DNA of 15,752 bases from an uncultured bacterium (lineage in GTDB: Bacteria; Myxococcota_A; UBA9042; PHBI01). The translations under genes and the position numbers were made by a program. Positions 7,860-15,506 of this stretch are shown in pieces; position 1 is the first letter of the stretch; each line of letters opens with the position of its first letter. A model generated the notes under the pieces. That model made no database searches, was not told the DNA's origin, and worked only from the letters and a program-made list of their open reading frames with translations. The stretch covers positions 1-15,752 of the forward strand of contig CALHXW010000350.1 in the NCBI GenBank assembly GCA_938040325.1, written 5' to 3'.

Positions 7860-8894
7860 CTACTTTCGCCGCTCTCCAGTGCGCACTGCGCCGGCGTGCT
7901 CAGGTTGCCCCATGAGCTCATAGATCGCTGCGAGGCGGCTGCGCGCTGCGTGCCGACAGGCGGCGGTCTTGCAGCTCCGCGCGACAACGGTGAGCGCCTC
8001 TGCCACGGTCGGCAGCTTCGCTGCGAAGGTCCCGAGGTCACGCCGGCTCTCTGTCGCTAGCGGGGACTCGGACGCGTTGGCGTCGTCGAGCTCCCTCAGC
8101 AACGACAGCAGCTCGGTCGTGGCCGACTGGATGTGACCGGCGTTGTAGTGACACCACGCGAGCTTGTAGCGGGCGTAGCGCGAGAGCGCTGTGTCTGGGC
8201 CGGCGACGGCCTGCTGGTACGCCGCGGTTGCTGCCGACAGGCGCGCCGCGTCAAACTCAAGGTCGGCGAGCTGGAGCGCGGCGGCCTGTTGGTCTTGTCC
8301 TGTCGGACCGGCCGCGACCCGCTGCAAGGTGGTCCGCGATGTTGCACGTTCACCGAGACGAAGCTGAAGCTGGGCGTAGAGCAGGTCACGCCGAGCGTCG
8401 AGCGGGTCTGTCGTTGCTGTCGTCGCATCGGGCCAGTCCGCGAGGAGACGGAGCGCGATGCGCGCGAGGCGGCCTCGGTCTACGCGCTGGGTCTCCGGTC
8501 GGTCGACGACATCGAGCAGCTGCTCGACGGCGCTGATCAGCGACGCACGACGATCATCCTGGGCTCGCGACAGGCGCTGCTTCGGCACCGGTGTGGCCAG
8601 GACAGTCCCTGCTGGCGCCAGGAGCTCACCGCCGATGACGACGTCATCGAAGTTGTAGAACTTGGTCGTCGTCCGGGCCTTAGGGGTCGCCGTGCTGCCG
8701 GACGCTGCTGGCGGCGAGGCAAAGGTTGCGGTCGGCGCGAGAACCAGGGCCGAGAGCACTGCGACGAGAGCGCCGAGGCGGGCTGGCCGTTTGTGTCCGG
8801 ATTCCGGATCGACGAGCCGCGAAGGAATGCGCGGCAAGCGCCGAGCGCGAGGGGTGGGTGGCTTAGGTTTGTGCTCTTTTAGCGTCTTGCTCAT
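7860..8894 (-). CDS. Secreted or membrane-anchored TPR-like repeat protein, 344 aa.
   Basis: The ORF runs ATG 8894 to TAG 7860. The basic Pro-rich N-terminus (KPKPPTPRARRLPRIPSRL) is followed by a hydrophobic signal/TM segment (LGALVAVLSALVLAPTATFASP). There is a conserved-looking KFYNFDDVVIGGELLAP motif. The C-terminal half is helical and TPR-like (YARYKLAWCHYNAGHIQSATTELLSLL). The first 30 codons use poorer codons, so an in-frame TTG further downstream (LPRIPSRLV...) is an alternative start. Confidence 0.7.
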   Translation of the reverse strand: MSKTLKEHKPKPPTPRARRLPRIPSRLVDPESGHKRPARLGALVAVLSALVLAPTATFASPPAASGSTATPKARTTTKFYNFDDVVIGGELLAPAGTVLATPVPKQRLSRAQDDRRASLISAVEQLLDVVDRPETQRVDRGRLARIALRLLADWPDATTATTDPLDARRDLLYAQLQLRLGERATSRTTLQRVAAGPTGQDQQAAALQLADLEFDAARLSAATAAYQQAVAGPDTALSRYARYKLAWCHYNAGHIQSATTELLSLLRELDDANASESPLATESRRDLGTFAAKLPTVAEALTVVARSCKTAACRHAARSRLAAIYELMGQPEHAGAVRTGERRK

Positions 8895-8960
8895 CGCGGC
8901 GCCTCGTCAGGACCGGGGTTGAGCGATGCCGACAGCTCGGCGTTGAGAAAGTTCCGCAGG

Positions 8961-9210
8961 GCGGGCCTGAGCCTGAGCGTGGGCGTGGGCGCGGGCCTGA
9001 GCCTGGGCGTGGGCGTGGGCGTGGGCCTGAGCCTAAGCGCGGGCGTGGGCGCGGGTCTGAGCCTGAGCCTGAGCGTGGGCGTGGGCGTGGGCGCAGGCCT
9101 GAGCCTGAGCGCGGGCGTGGGCGTGGGCGTGGGCCTGAGCCTGAGCGCGGGCGTGGGCGCGGGCCTGAGTGTGGGCGCGGGCCTGAGCCTGAGCGCGGGC
9201 TTGGGCATGG
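8961..9210. repeat. Perfect-phase tandem minisatellite, with 6-nt sub-repeats nested in ~30-nt units: (GGCCTGAGCCTGAGC)(GTGGGCGTGGGCGCG). There are eight units of 30, 30, 30, 42, 36, 30, 18 and 30 nt.
   Basis: Read directly from the sequence. All unit-length variation is in multiples of 6. The plus strand is G-rich with repeated GGGCGTGGGCGTGGGCGTGGG tracts (e.g. 9005-9025). The region is open in three frames: plus GLSLSVGVGA..., minus ALRLRPAPTPTP... and minus PRPRPRSGSG.... Confidence 0.9.
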
Positions 9211-9288
9211 GCTCACCCGCCACCCAGCTCGCCTCACCCGGGGTGGCGGATGCGTGCGGGCTTGGTGCTTGAGACCTGCTTGTTGGGG

Positions 9289-10047
9289 CTAGACGACGTC
9301 GGCTTTGAACTGCTCGCCCTTGAGAGCGCAGGCGAGCACGTGGCCCGCGGTTAGAAGCGGGCCGCCGAGGGCCAAGAGCTTGTTTTCTTTCGGCGTCGTC
9401 TTCGTCGGGATGATGAAGAAGCGGTCGGCCCAGGACTGCAGCTGCGGGACGTTGTCGTAGACGCTGTAGCTGTAGAAGAGGCCGTCCCCCTCAGAGATCG
9501 CGTAGCCTTTGCCGCGCGTCTTGATCCGGTTGGCGAGGGGCCACAGGCCTGCGGCATGCAGGCCTAGCTTGACCAATCGACCCGCCACGCGGCCCTGGCC
9601 GAAGCGGTTGCCGTCGCTGATGAAGACCGCCTGCCGAGCCACACGACACATCTCGGCGATGACGTCTCCGGGGCGCTCGACGTGGTGTAGAACGCCGGTG
9701 ATGACCGCCATGTCGACGCTGTCGGTCTCAAAAGGCAGGGCGTAGCCGCTGCCGACCTTGAGATGGTCGGGCGACAGGCCCTTGGCGTGACCCATGGCGG
9801 CGAGCTCTGCCACGGGCTCGATGCCGTAGACGTCGGCGTCGGGCAGGTCCTCGCATAGACGCTTCATCGTGCGACCGGTGCCAGCTCCAACATCGAGGGC
9901 CGAGGTGAAGCCGTACTGGCGAGCAAACGCCAAGATCGTGCCGTAGCTGTGATCGTGGCCGCCTTCGTGCGCCATGTGCATGTCGTCGTACTGGGCGGCC
10001 GTCTTGGCGTAGTACTCGCGCTGGATCTCTTCAGGCGACAGCGGCAT
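9289..10047 (-). CDS. Class I SAM-dependent methyltransferase, 252 aa.
   Basis: An ATG at 10047 is preceded by an AGGAG Shine-Dalgarno at 7-nt spacing (rc of 10055-10059). The track's longer 276-aa form starts further upstream at 10119. Motif I is LDVGAGTGRTMKRL, the post-I acidic motif is DVYGIEP, and motif II/III is VDMAVITGVLHHVERP. The stop is at 9289. Confidence 0.85.
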   Translation of the reverse strand: MPLSPEEIQREYYAKTAAQYDDMHMAHEGGHDHSYGTILAFARQYGFTSALDVGAGTGRTMKRLCEDLPDADVYGIEPVAELAAMGHAKGLSPDHLKVGSGYALPFETDSVDMAVITGVLHHVERPGDVIAEMCRVARQAVFISDGNRFGQGRVAGRLVKLGLHAAGLWPLANRIKTRGKGYAISEGDGLFYSYSVYDNVPQLQSWADRFFIIPTKTTPKENKLLALGGPLLTAGHVLACALKGEQFKADVV

Positions 10048-10326
10048 GCGACGGCTCCTTTCGACACGATGCGATTGGCGACAGCCGAGCCAACCACCTT
10101 CGTGCGTTCCTGTCACCACATGAGTCCATTTCGCTCGCAGGTCCTCCGCGCAGGACAGCGGCCGCGACAGCGATGTCGAGGCCCTGGACCCTGGTGTGCG
10201 CAGGATCGGCGCTCGATTTGCTCAGTCTTTACATCGATGCGCGTCCGGTCTGCGTCTACTGTACACGCGACATGCCGACCTCGGATGACGCGTGGTCAAC
10301 GTCCCTTCGTTCCCTTGGAGAAGCAC

Positions 10327-10992
10327 ATGTCCACGACCTCAAGACGCACGTTCCTACGCCACATCGCCATGACGACCGCCGGGGTCATCGTTGCTCCGCA
10401 CGCTCTTGGGTGCGCAAAGGGCGGCGCCAACGGAACGCCGGCGCTCGCCCCCGCAGCGCCCCCTCCGACGCCGCAGCAGTGCGTCCCGACAAGCCCCGAT
10501 CTGCGCGGACCCTACTACCTGCCTGGCGCCCGCCAGCTCTCGCGCGGTGGCAAGCTCGCGCAGCTTGCTGGGCGACCGGTCGTGGTGAGCGGCGCCGTCC
10601 GCAACTCGCTCTGCTCCCCCGTCCATGGCGCCACCATCGAAGTCTGGCAGGCCGACGCCGACGGGCACTACCACGACGACCTGCTGCGGGCGACGCTGGC
10701 CCTCGGCCAAACCGATACCTACAGCTTCCGCACGATCGTCCCCGGCAACTACCGTGAGCCTGGCGGCTGGCGGCCGGCACACATCCACTTCCGGGTTCAG
10801 GCACCCAACCACCCAGCGCTTGAGACCCAGATGTACTTCGCCGGTGACCCGTACCTCGCCGACAAGGACAGCTGCCAGGTGTGCGACTCACACTCGCCAG
10901 ACCGCCACATCCCGATGACGCGCGGCGATGATGGGGTCGAGCACGTGCAGTTCGACATCACGCTTCGCGCCATCACCTTCGCGGCCCCTTGA
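10327..10992 (+). CDS. Tat-exported intradiol ring-cleavage dioxygenase-family protein, 221 aa.
   Basis: An ATG at 10327 has a GGAG Shine-Dalgarno 6 nt upstream. A twin-arginine signal is present (MSTTSRRTFLRHIAMTTAGVIVAPHALGCA). The intradiol-dioxygenase hallmarks are GPYYLPGA, IEVWQADADGHY and GGWRPAHIHFRV (the H-x-H iron-ligand pair). The 347-aa track ORF starting at 9949 is an upstream extension with no RBS. Confidence 0.8.
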   Translation: MSTTSRRTFLRHIAMTTAGVIVAPHALGCAKGGANGTPALAPAAPPPTPQQCVPTSPDLRGPYYLPGARQLSRGGKLAQLAGRPVVVSGAVRNSLCSPVHGATIEVWQADADGHYHDDLLRATLALGQTDTYSFRTIVPGNYREPGGWRPAHIHFRVQAPNHPALETQMYFAGDPYLADKDSCQVCDSHSPDRHIPMTRGDDGVEHVQFDITLRAITFAAP

Positions 10993-11263
10993 GATCCACG
11001 GGCGCCGTTCGCGTGATTGGTGCAACGCACCATGTTGCCAAGCGCCTCGACAGCCGCCTCGGTGTCATCGAACTGGCGGCAGAGCGCCCGTAAATCTCAA
11101 GCGTTGGGCGAAACAGGCCGAACTAGACGTACGTTCCCGTTTTCAAGCGCCCCGTTTCTCTCTCTGTCCAGGACACGCGCATCGCATCACGCCTAACGAA
11201 GACGTTGGGTTGCTCTGATTCACGAGCCCGCCAGCGGCTCGACCAACCCACGAGGCCAGACCG

Positions 11264-13285
11264 ATGAGCTTTGGCAAGCTACAGCGTTTGCTCGACGGAC
11301 CGCACACGGCCGAGTCGCTTGGCGCCGAGCGCTTAGGACGCCTGCGCGCGCTGCAGGTAGCGTCATGCTGCTTGGTGCTGGCAGCAGCGCTTTACCTGGT
11401 GCTCTTCATCTCCATGTCTGAGTGGGTCGGCGTTGCCGCTGCCTCCGTGAGTATCCTCGCCACGCCGCTCATCATCTGGCTGGCACGGTCGTCGCGCCTG
11501 ACGGTCGCCGCCCACCTCATGGTCGCGTGCGTCATGGGGTCGGTGAGCGTGGCAGTCGCTGCCGGTGGTGGACTCCAGCACCCGGTGGTCGCCTGGATGG
11601 TCATGATTCCGATCGCCGCAAGCCTCGTGCTCGGCAGCACGGGAGCACTCCAGTGGACGGTTCTGACGACTCTGGTCATCGCCAGCTTCTGGCTCTACGA
11701 GGCGTTGGGCTACACGTTCACGGTCTCGCCGCAGATGGAAGGCGACGGGGTGGTGCTGCTGGAGTGGCTCGTGCTGATGACGTGCATCGGTGCCGCTCTC
11801 TGGGCCCATGGCTTCGCGTCGCGAGCCATGCGCGACAACCTGGCTGACGCCAACACCGCACTCCGTACCGAGATCATTGAGCGGACCGACGCCGAGCACC
11901 GCGCTGTCCGCGCGGCGGCAGCACGTACGACCTTCGTTGCAACGATGAGCCATGAGATCCGCACGCCTCTCAACGGCGTCCTTGGCGTGACCGAGCTGTT
12001 GCTGGACACGCCGCTCGACCCCGAGCAACGCGAGCTCGCTGAGACGGCGCGCCGCTCGAGCTCACTGCTGCACGCGCTGCTCGACGATGTGCTCGACTTC
12101 TCGAAGATCGACGCCGGGGCCTTGGAGCTTGAGCGCGTGCCGCTTGACCTCCGTGCGCTCTGCGAGGACGTGGTGCGCATGTGGCGTACCCCGGTCGAGG
12201 AGCGCTCGCTCGCGTTTGTGTTTGCCCCGACGAAAGATGCGCCCCGCTGGGTGCTGGCCGACCCGACCCGACTGCGGCAGGTCTTGGGCAACCTCATCAA
12301 CAATGCGATGAAGTTCACCGAGACAGGCTACGTCAAGGTCATCCTCGACAGCGAGGGTGAGGACGCCATCATCGCCGTCCAGGACACTGGAATCGGCATT
12401 GACCCAGCGGCGCTTGCCGGCATCTTTGCGCCCTTCAAGCAGGCCGACAACAGCACGACGCGCAGCTATGGAGGGAGCGGACTCGGCCTGGCGATCTGCA
12501 ACGAGCTGGCAGCCGCGATGGGGGGGGACCTGAAGGTATCGTCGACGGTGGGCGTTGGCAGTCTCTTCACGCTTCGTGCACCGCTGCCGCGGACAGACGC
12601 GCCGCCCATTCCGCTCCCCGTGATCGCACCCGACGAGAAGCTCCTCGCCGGTCAGCGCGTGCTCGTCGCGGAGGACAACCCGGTCAACGTCATGGTCACC
12701 ACGCGCATGTTGACGCGGATCGGGGTCGAGGTCGTGGTCGCAGCCAACGGCGCAGAGTGCATCGACGCGTGGCAGGAGCACGCCCCGACGCTCATCCTCA
12801 TGGACTGCTCGATGCCGATCTGTGACGGCTACCAGGCCACTGCAGCGATTCGCGATCTCGGCGGCAAGCTGCCAATCATCGCGCTAACGGCCAACTCTGG
12901 GGCCGACGAGAGGCGCCGCTGTCTCGAGGCCGGCATGGACGGTCACTTGACCAAGCCGGTCCAAGCGACTCAGCTCGAGGCCGTGCTGAGCCACTGGCTG
13001 CTGGAGCGAGAGAGCGGCAACAACACGGACGTCGCTGTGGCGCTCAAGCTCGGCGACCACTGGGGCGCCTCGAAGAGCGGCCTCTTGCACATCGATGTCG
13101 CGACAGGTGCGGCAAGCCTCGCCGAAGAGTCGCAGCTCCGGCGTGCCCGCGACCGTCACACCACAGAGTCACGGGAGCTTCGGCGAAAGGCCAAGACCCA
13201 GCCCTTGCCACGCGGCATGGTCGCGCGGGCGACAGCAACGACCCTGCCGGTCCCGCTCGATAAGGTCGTCGGTGGCGACGGCTGA
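11264..13285 (+). CDS. Hybrid sensor histidine kinase. It has a six-TM N-terminal sensor, coiled-coil linker, HisKA, HATPase_c, C-terminal receiver domain and a ~90-aa tail.
   Basis: Six hydrophobic helices lie in aa 20-190. The H-box is [23 protein letters not shown]1 and G2 boxes are present ([38 protein letters not shown]). The REC domain is [19 protein letters not shown]...[21 protein letters not shown]...IIALTANS...KPV. No response-regulator gene is adjacent. Confidence 0.9.
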   Translation: MSFGKLQRLLDGPHTAESLGAERLGRLRALQVASCCLVLAAALYLVLFISMSEWVGVAAASVSILATPLIIWLARSSRLTVAAHLMVACVMGSVSVAVAAGGGLQHPVVAWMVMIPIAASLVLGSTGALQWTVLTTLVIASFWLYEALGYTFTVSPQMEGDGVVLLEWLVLMTCIGAALWAHGFASRAMRDNLADANTALRTEIIERTDAEHRAVRAAAARTTFVATMSHEIRTPLNGVLGVTELLLDTPLDPEQRELAETARRSSSLLHALLDDVLDFSKIDAGALELERVPLDLRALCEDVVRMWRTPVEERSLAFVFAPTKDAPRWVLADPTRLRQVLGNLINNAMKFTETGYVKVILDSEGEDAIIAVQDTGIGIDPAALAGIFAPFKQADNSTTRSYGGSGLGLAICNELAAAMGGDLKVSSTVGVGSLFTLRAPLPRTDAPPIPLPVIAPDEKLLAGQRVLVAEDNPVNVMVTTRMLTRIGVEVVVAANGAECIDAWQEHAPTLILMDCSMPICDGYQATAAIRDLGGKLPIIALTANSGADERRRCLEAGMDGHLTKPVQATQLEAVLSHWLLERESGNNTDVAVALKLGDHWGASKSGLLHIDVATGAASLAEESQLRRARDRHTTESRELRRKAKTQPLPRGMVARATATTLPVPLDKVVGGDG

Positions 13286-13513
13286 CAGCTGAGCGTGCTG
13301 CGCATGAGCCCGTCGCGCCCGGCACCGCTGGTCCCGGGGCCGACGGTGTTCACGCCACGACCATGGTGGGCGCACCCAGGAGTCACGCCGAGCAGCGCGA
13401 GAGCAGCGTGGCGAGCAAACAGGTCCGGAGTCGGCGCAGAGACATCATGCGGGCAGCGCTTTAGTCGCCGACCGACGACTCGTAAAGCGTCATCCGACGC
13501 ACGCAACCAATGG

Positions 13514-13981
13514 TTATGAGGTCTTGAGTAGGTAGGCGTCCAACAGACCGTTCGTCGTTGCCTGGATCTTGTTGCGCATAAACGAGCTCCAACCCAGGAG
13601 CAGGCCAGGAACGCCGAGCGCTTGTTTGGACCACTGCCAGAGGTCGAACGTGTCTTGGTGGCGGACGATCAGCCCGTCGATGACATCGAATGTGGCGCTG
13701 ACGTTGTTGGTCACCGGGCGCTTCTTCGGCCCGTAGGTGTAGTTGGCGACCCATGTCGCCGAGCCACCCTCGTCGTTGCCCTCGACGTTGTCGAAGGTCA
13801 CTTTCAGGCCGCTGCCTCGGCTCATCAGCATCCGCCACATGGCCTTCGCTCGATCGCCCTCAAGTGTACCGAACGCCGGATCGCTGAAGATCACGTCGTC
13901 GCTGTAGCACGCGATCATCCCTTCGGCGTCAGCGTTGGCGAAGGCGGTATAGAACGAGGTGATGAGATCACAGGTTTCCAT
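13514..13981 (-). CDS. NTF2-like / SnoaL-like (ketosteroid-isomerase fold) small protein, 155 aa.
   Basis: An ATG at 13981 has a GGAGG Shine-Dalgarno at 7-nt spacing (rc of 13989-13993). The track start at 14005 adds 8 aa with no RBS. The N-terminal signature is ITSFYTAFANADAEGMIACYSDDVIFSDPAFGTLEGDRAKAMWRML, typical of the NTF2-like superfamily. GC3 bias is good. Confidence 0.75.
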   Translation of the reverse strand: METCDLITSFYTAFANADAEGMIACYSDDVIFSDPAFGTLEGDRAKAMWRMLMSRGSGLKVTFDNVEGNDEGGSATWVANYTYGPKKRPVTNNVSATFDVIDGLIVRHQDTFDLWQWSKQALGVPGLLLGWSSFMRNKIQATTNGLLDAYLLKTS

Positions 13982-14087
13982 CGGCGAGCCTCCGGCGCAG
14001 GTCATGCAGCACGTCAGTGAGTGAGCGCCGATGGTGCCTGGGTGGTCGAGGCGTGTCTATGGCCGGCACGAGGCGTCCCTGCGACAA

Positions 14088-14117
14088 CCAAAAACGGCGC
14101 CGCAGGTGCGACGCCGT
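14088..14117 (-). terminator. Rho-independent terminator for the Cys-rich repeat gene. The hairpin ACGGCG-uCGCA-cc-UGCG-gCGCCGU is followed by UUUUU on the minus-strand transcript.
   Basis: The plus strand reads aaaaacggcgccgcaggtgcgacgccgtt at 14090-14118. It has 6-bp outer and 4-bp inner complementary arms with one U.G wobble. The A-run on plus corresponds to a U-run 3' of the stem on the minus transcript. It lies ~55 nt downstream of the stop at 14172. Confidence 0.6.
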
Positions 14118-14171
14118 TGGTGTGTCAGATCTCGGCGGGCGGCTCGGGTGCGCACACGCCGGGGCAGGCGA

Positions 14172-15506
14172 TCAGCGCGTTGGCACCAGCGCCGGAGCGG
14201 GCTCGCAGACCCCACCGCAGGCGATGAGCGCGTTCGTGCCGAAGCCGCAGCCGTTGTCGAAGTTGCAGAGCTCGCCATCGCCGCAGTCGTTGTCGCTGTA
14301 GCAAATCTCGGCCGGTGGCTCGGGCGCGCAGACGCCGGGGCACAGGATGAGCGCGTTGGCGCCGCCGCCGCCGCACCCCTGCTCGAAGCTGCAGTACTCG
14401 CCGTCGGCACAGGCATCATCGGTGTGACAGAAGGTCGGAGCCGGGGGCTCGCACACGCCGGCACAGGCGATCAGCGCGTTGGCGCCAAAGCCGCAGCCGT
14501 TGTCGAAGTTGCAGACGTCGCCGTTGTCGCAGTCGGCGTCGCTAAAGCAGCTGTCGTCGACGACCGGCTCGCAGACGCCGCCGCAAGCGATCAGCGCGTT
14601 GGTGCCGAATCCACAACCGTCGAGGTTGCAGTACTCGCCGGCGCCGCACTCGCTGTCGCTGTAGCAGAGGTCGTCGACGGGCGGGTCAACGCACTCGCCG
14701 GGGCAGGCCATCTTCGCGTTGATGGGGCCGCCGCCGCAGCCGTCGAAGCTGCAGATCTGGCCGCCATCGCAGTCGGTGTCCACGTAGCAGCTGTCGTCGA
14801 TCGGGTCCGGCTCGCACACGCCGCCGCAAGCGATCAGCGCGTTGGCGCCGAAGCCACAGCCATCGAGGTTGCAGAACTCCTCGGCGCCGCAGTCGGCGTC
14901 GCTGTAGCAGGTGTCGTCGACGACCGGCTCGCAGACGCCCGGGCACGCGAGCAGGGCGTTGGGGGTACCAAAGCCGCAGCCATCGAAGTTGCAGAACTCG
15001 CCGGCGCCGCACTCGGCGTCGCCGTAGCAGCCCTCGTCGATCGGCTCATCGACGCACTGTCCGGGGCAGGCGATCTTGGCGTTGAAGCCGCCGCCGCCGC
15101 AGCCGTTGTCGAAGCTGCAGACTTGACCCTTGCCGCAGTCGCCGTCGCTGTAGCAGCCGCTGTTGTCGGGCACGCACTCGCCGTAGCAAACGGCCGGGCA
15201 GACCGTGCCGGCGCCGCAGCCAGGAGGCGGGTTGCACACGCCGTCGCTGACGCTGCAGTGCGATCCCTCGCCACACTCGTTGTCGCTGTAGCAGCCTGTG
15301 GGCTCAGGCTCATCGCACTGGAACTCACAGCCGCCGTCCACGCAGGCCCAAGCGCCTTCGCAGTCGGGTGCCTCGAGGCCGTCGCACTCGCTCGCCGCGC
15401 TGCACTCGTCTGGCTCGGTGTCTCCGCCGCCGCAGTTGTTGTCACCGGGCGCCATGAGCAGCAGTGCTGCTGCCCCGAGAAAGAGCGCGTTCTTAAGTGT
15501 GTTCAT
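14172..15506 (-). CDS. Secreted cysteine-rich repeat protein, 444 aa. It has a Sec signal peptide, an ~50-aa N-terminal Cys-rich cap and nine tandem ~40-aa six-cysteine repeats.
   Basis: An ATG at 15506 has an AAGGA Shine-Dalgarno 8 nt upstream. The signal peptide is MNTLKNALFLGAAALLLMAPG. The repeats include CYSDADCGAEEFCNLDGCGFGANALIACGGVCEPDPIDDS, CYSDSECGAGEYCNLDGCGFGTNALIACGGVCEPVVDDS and CFSDADCDNGDVCNFDNGCGFGANALIACAGVCEPPAPTF. GC3 bias is extreme. The stop is TGA at 14172-14174. The track's 526-aa version, starting at 15752, has no signal-peptide logic and no RBS. Confidence 0.85.
   Translation of the reverse strand: MNTLKNALFLGAAALLLMAPGDNNCGGGDTEPDECSAASECDGLEAPDCEGAWACVDGGCEFQCDEPEPTGCYSDNECGEGSHCSVSDGVCNPPPGCGAGTVCPAVCYGECVPDNSGCYSDGDCGKGQVCSFDNGCGGGGFNAKIACPGQCVDEPIDEGCYGDAECGAGEFCNFDGCGFGTPNALLACPGVCEPVVDDTCYSDADCGAEEFCNLDGCGFGANALIACGGVCEPDPIDDSCYVDTDCDGGQICSFDGCGGGPINAKMACPGECVDPPVDDLCYSDSECGAGEYCNLDGCGFGTNALIACGGVCEPVVDDSCFSDADCDNGDVCNFDNGCGFGANALIACAGVCEPPAPTFCHTDDACADGEYCSFEQGCGGGGANALILCPGVCAPEPPAEICYSDNDCGDGELCNFDNGCGFGTNALIACGGVCEPAPALVPTR
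14175..15280 (-). repeat. Nine ~117-123-nt tandem coding repeats inside the Cys-rich gene, highly similar at the DNA level.
   Basis: Strings such as gcgatcagcgcgttggcgccgaagccgcagccgttgtcgaagttgcag recur with few substitutions at ~14465, ~14590 and ~14830. Confidence 0.8.

Noticed and set aside
8133-8882. 249-aa plus-strand ORF opposite the TPR gene
   Set aside because: It uses poor codons (gta, aca, cca, ctt) and is Arg/Cys-rich nonsense. It is antisense to a gene with signal-peptide and TPR logic.
8863-9272. Three overlapping low-complexity ORFs through the minisatellite (GLSLSVGVGA, ALRLRPAPTPT, PRPRPRSGSG)
   Set aside because: I did not call them as CDS. Openness in three frames is an automatic consequence of a stop-free hexamer repeat. 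None has a convincing RBS, and the N-terminal codons outside the repeat are rare (aga, agg). They are kept as a finding rather than a feature.
9949-10326. Upstream extension of the dioxygenase ORF to 347 aa
   Set aside because: The extension runs through the divergent promoter region and overlaps the methyltransferase 5' end. The real start at 10327 has an RBS and begins directly with the Tat signal peptide.
10993-11263. Possible terminator hairpin GGTGCaacGCACC (~11017-11029) after the dioxygenase gene, and possible tRNA or small RNA in the 270-bp spacer
   Set aside because: The stem is only 5 bp with no T-run. There is no tRNA-like T-loop or anticodon-arm pattern. Nothing supportable.
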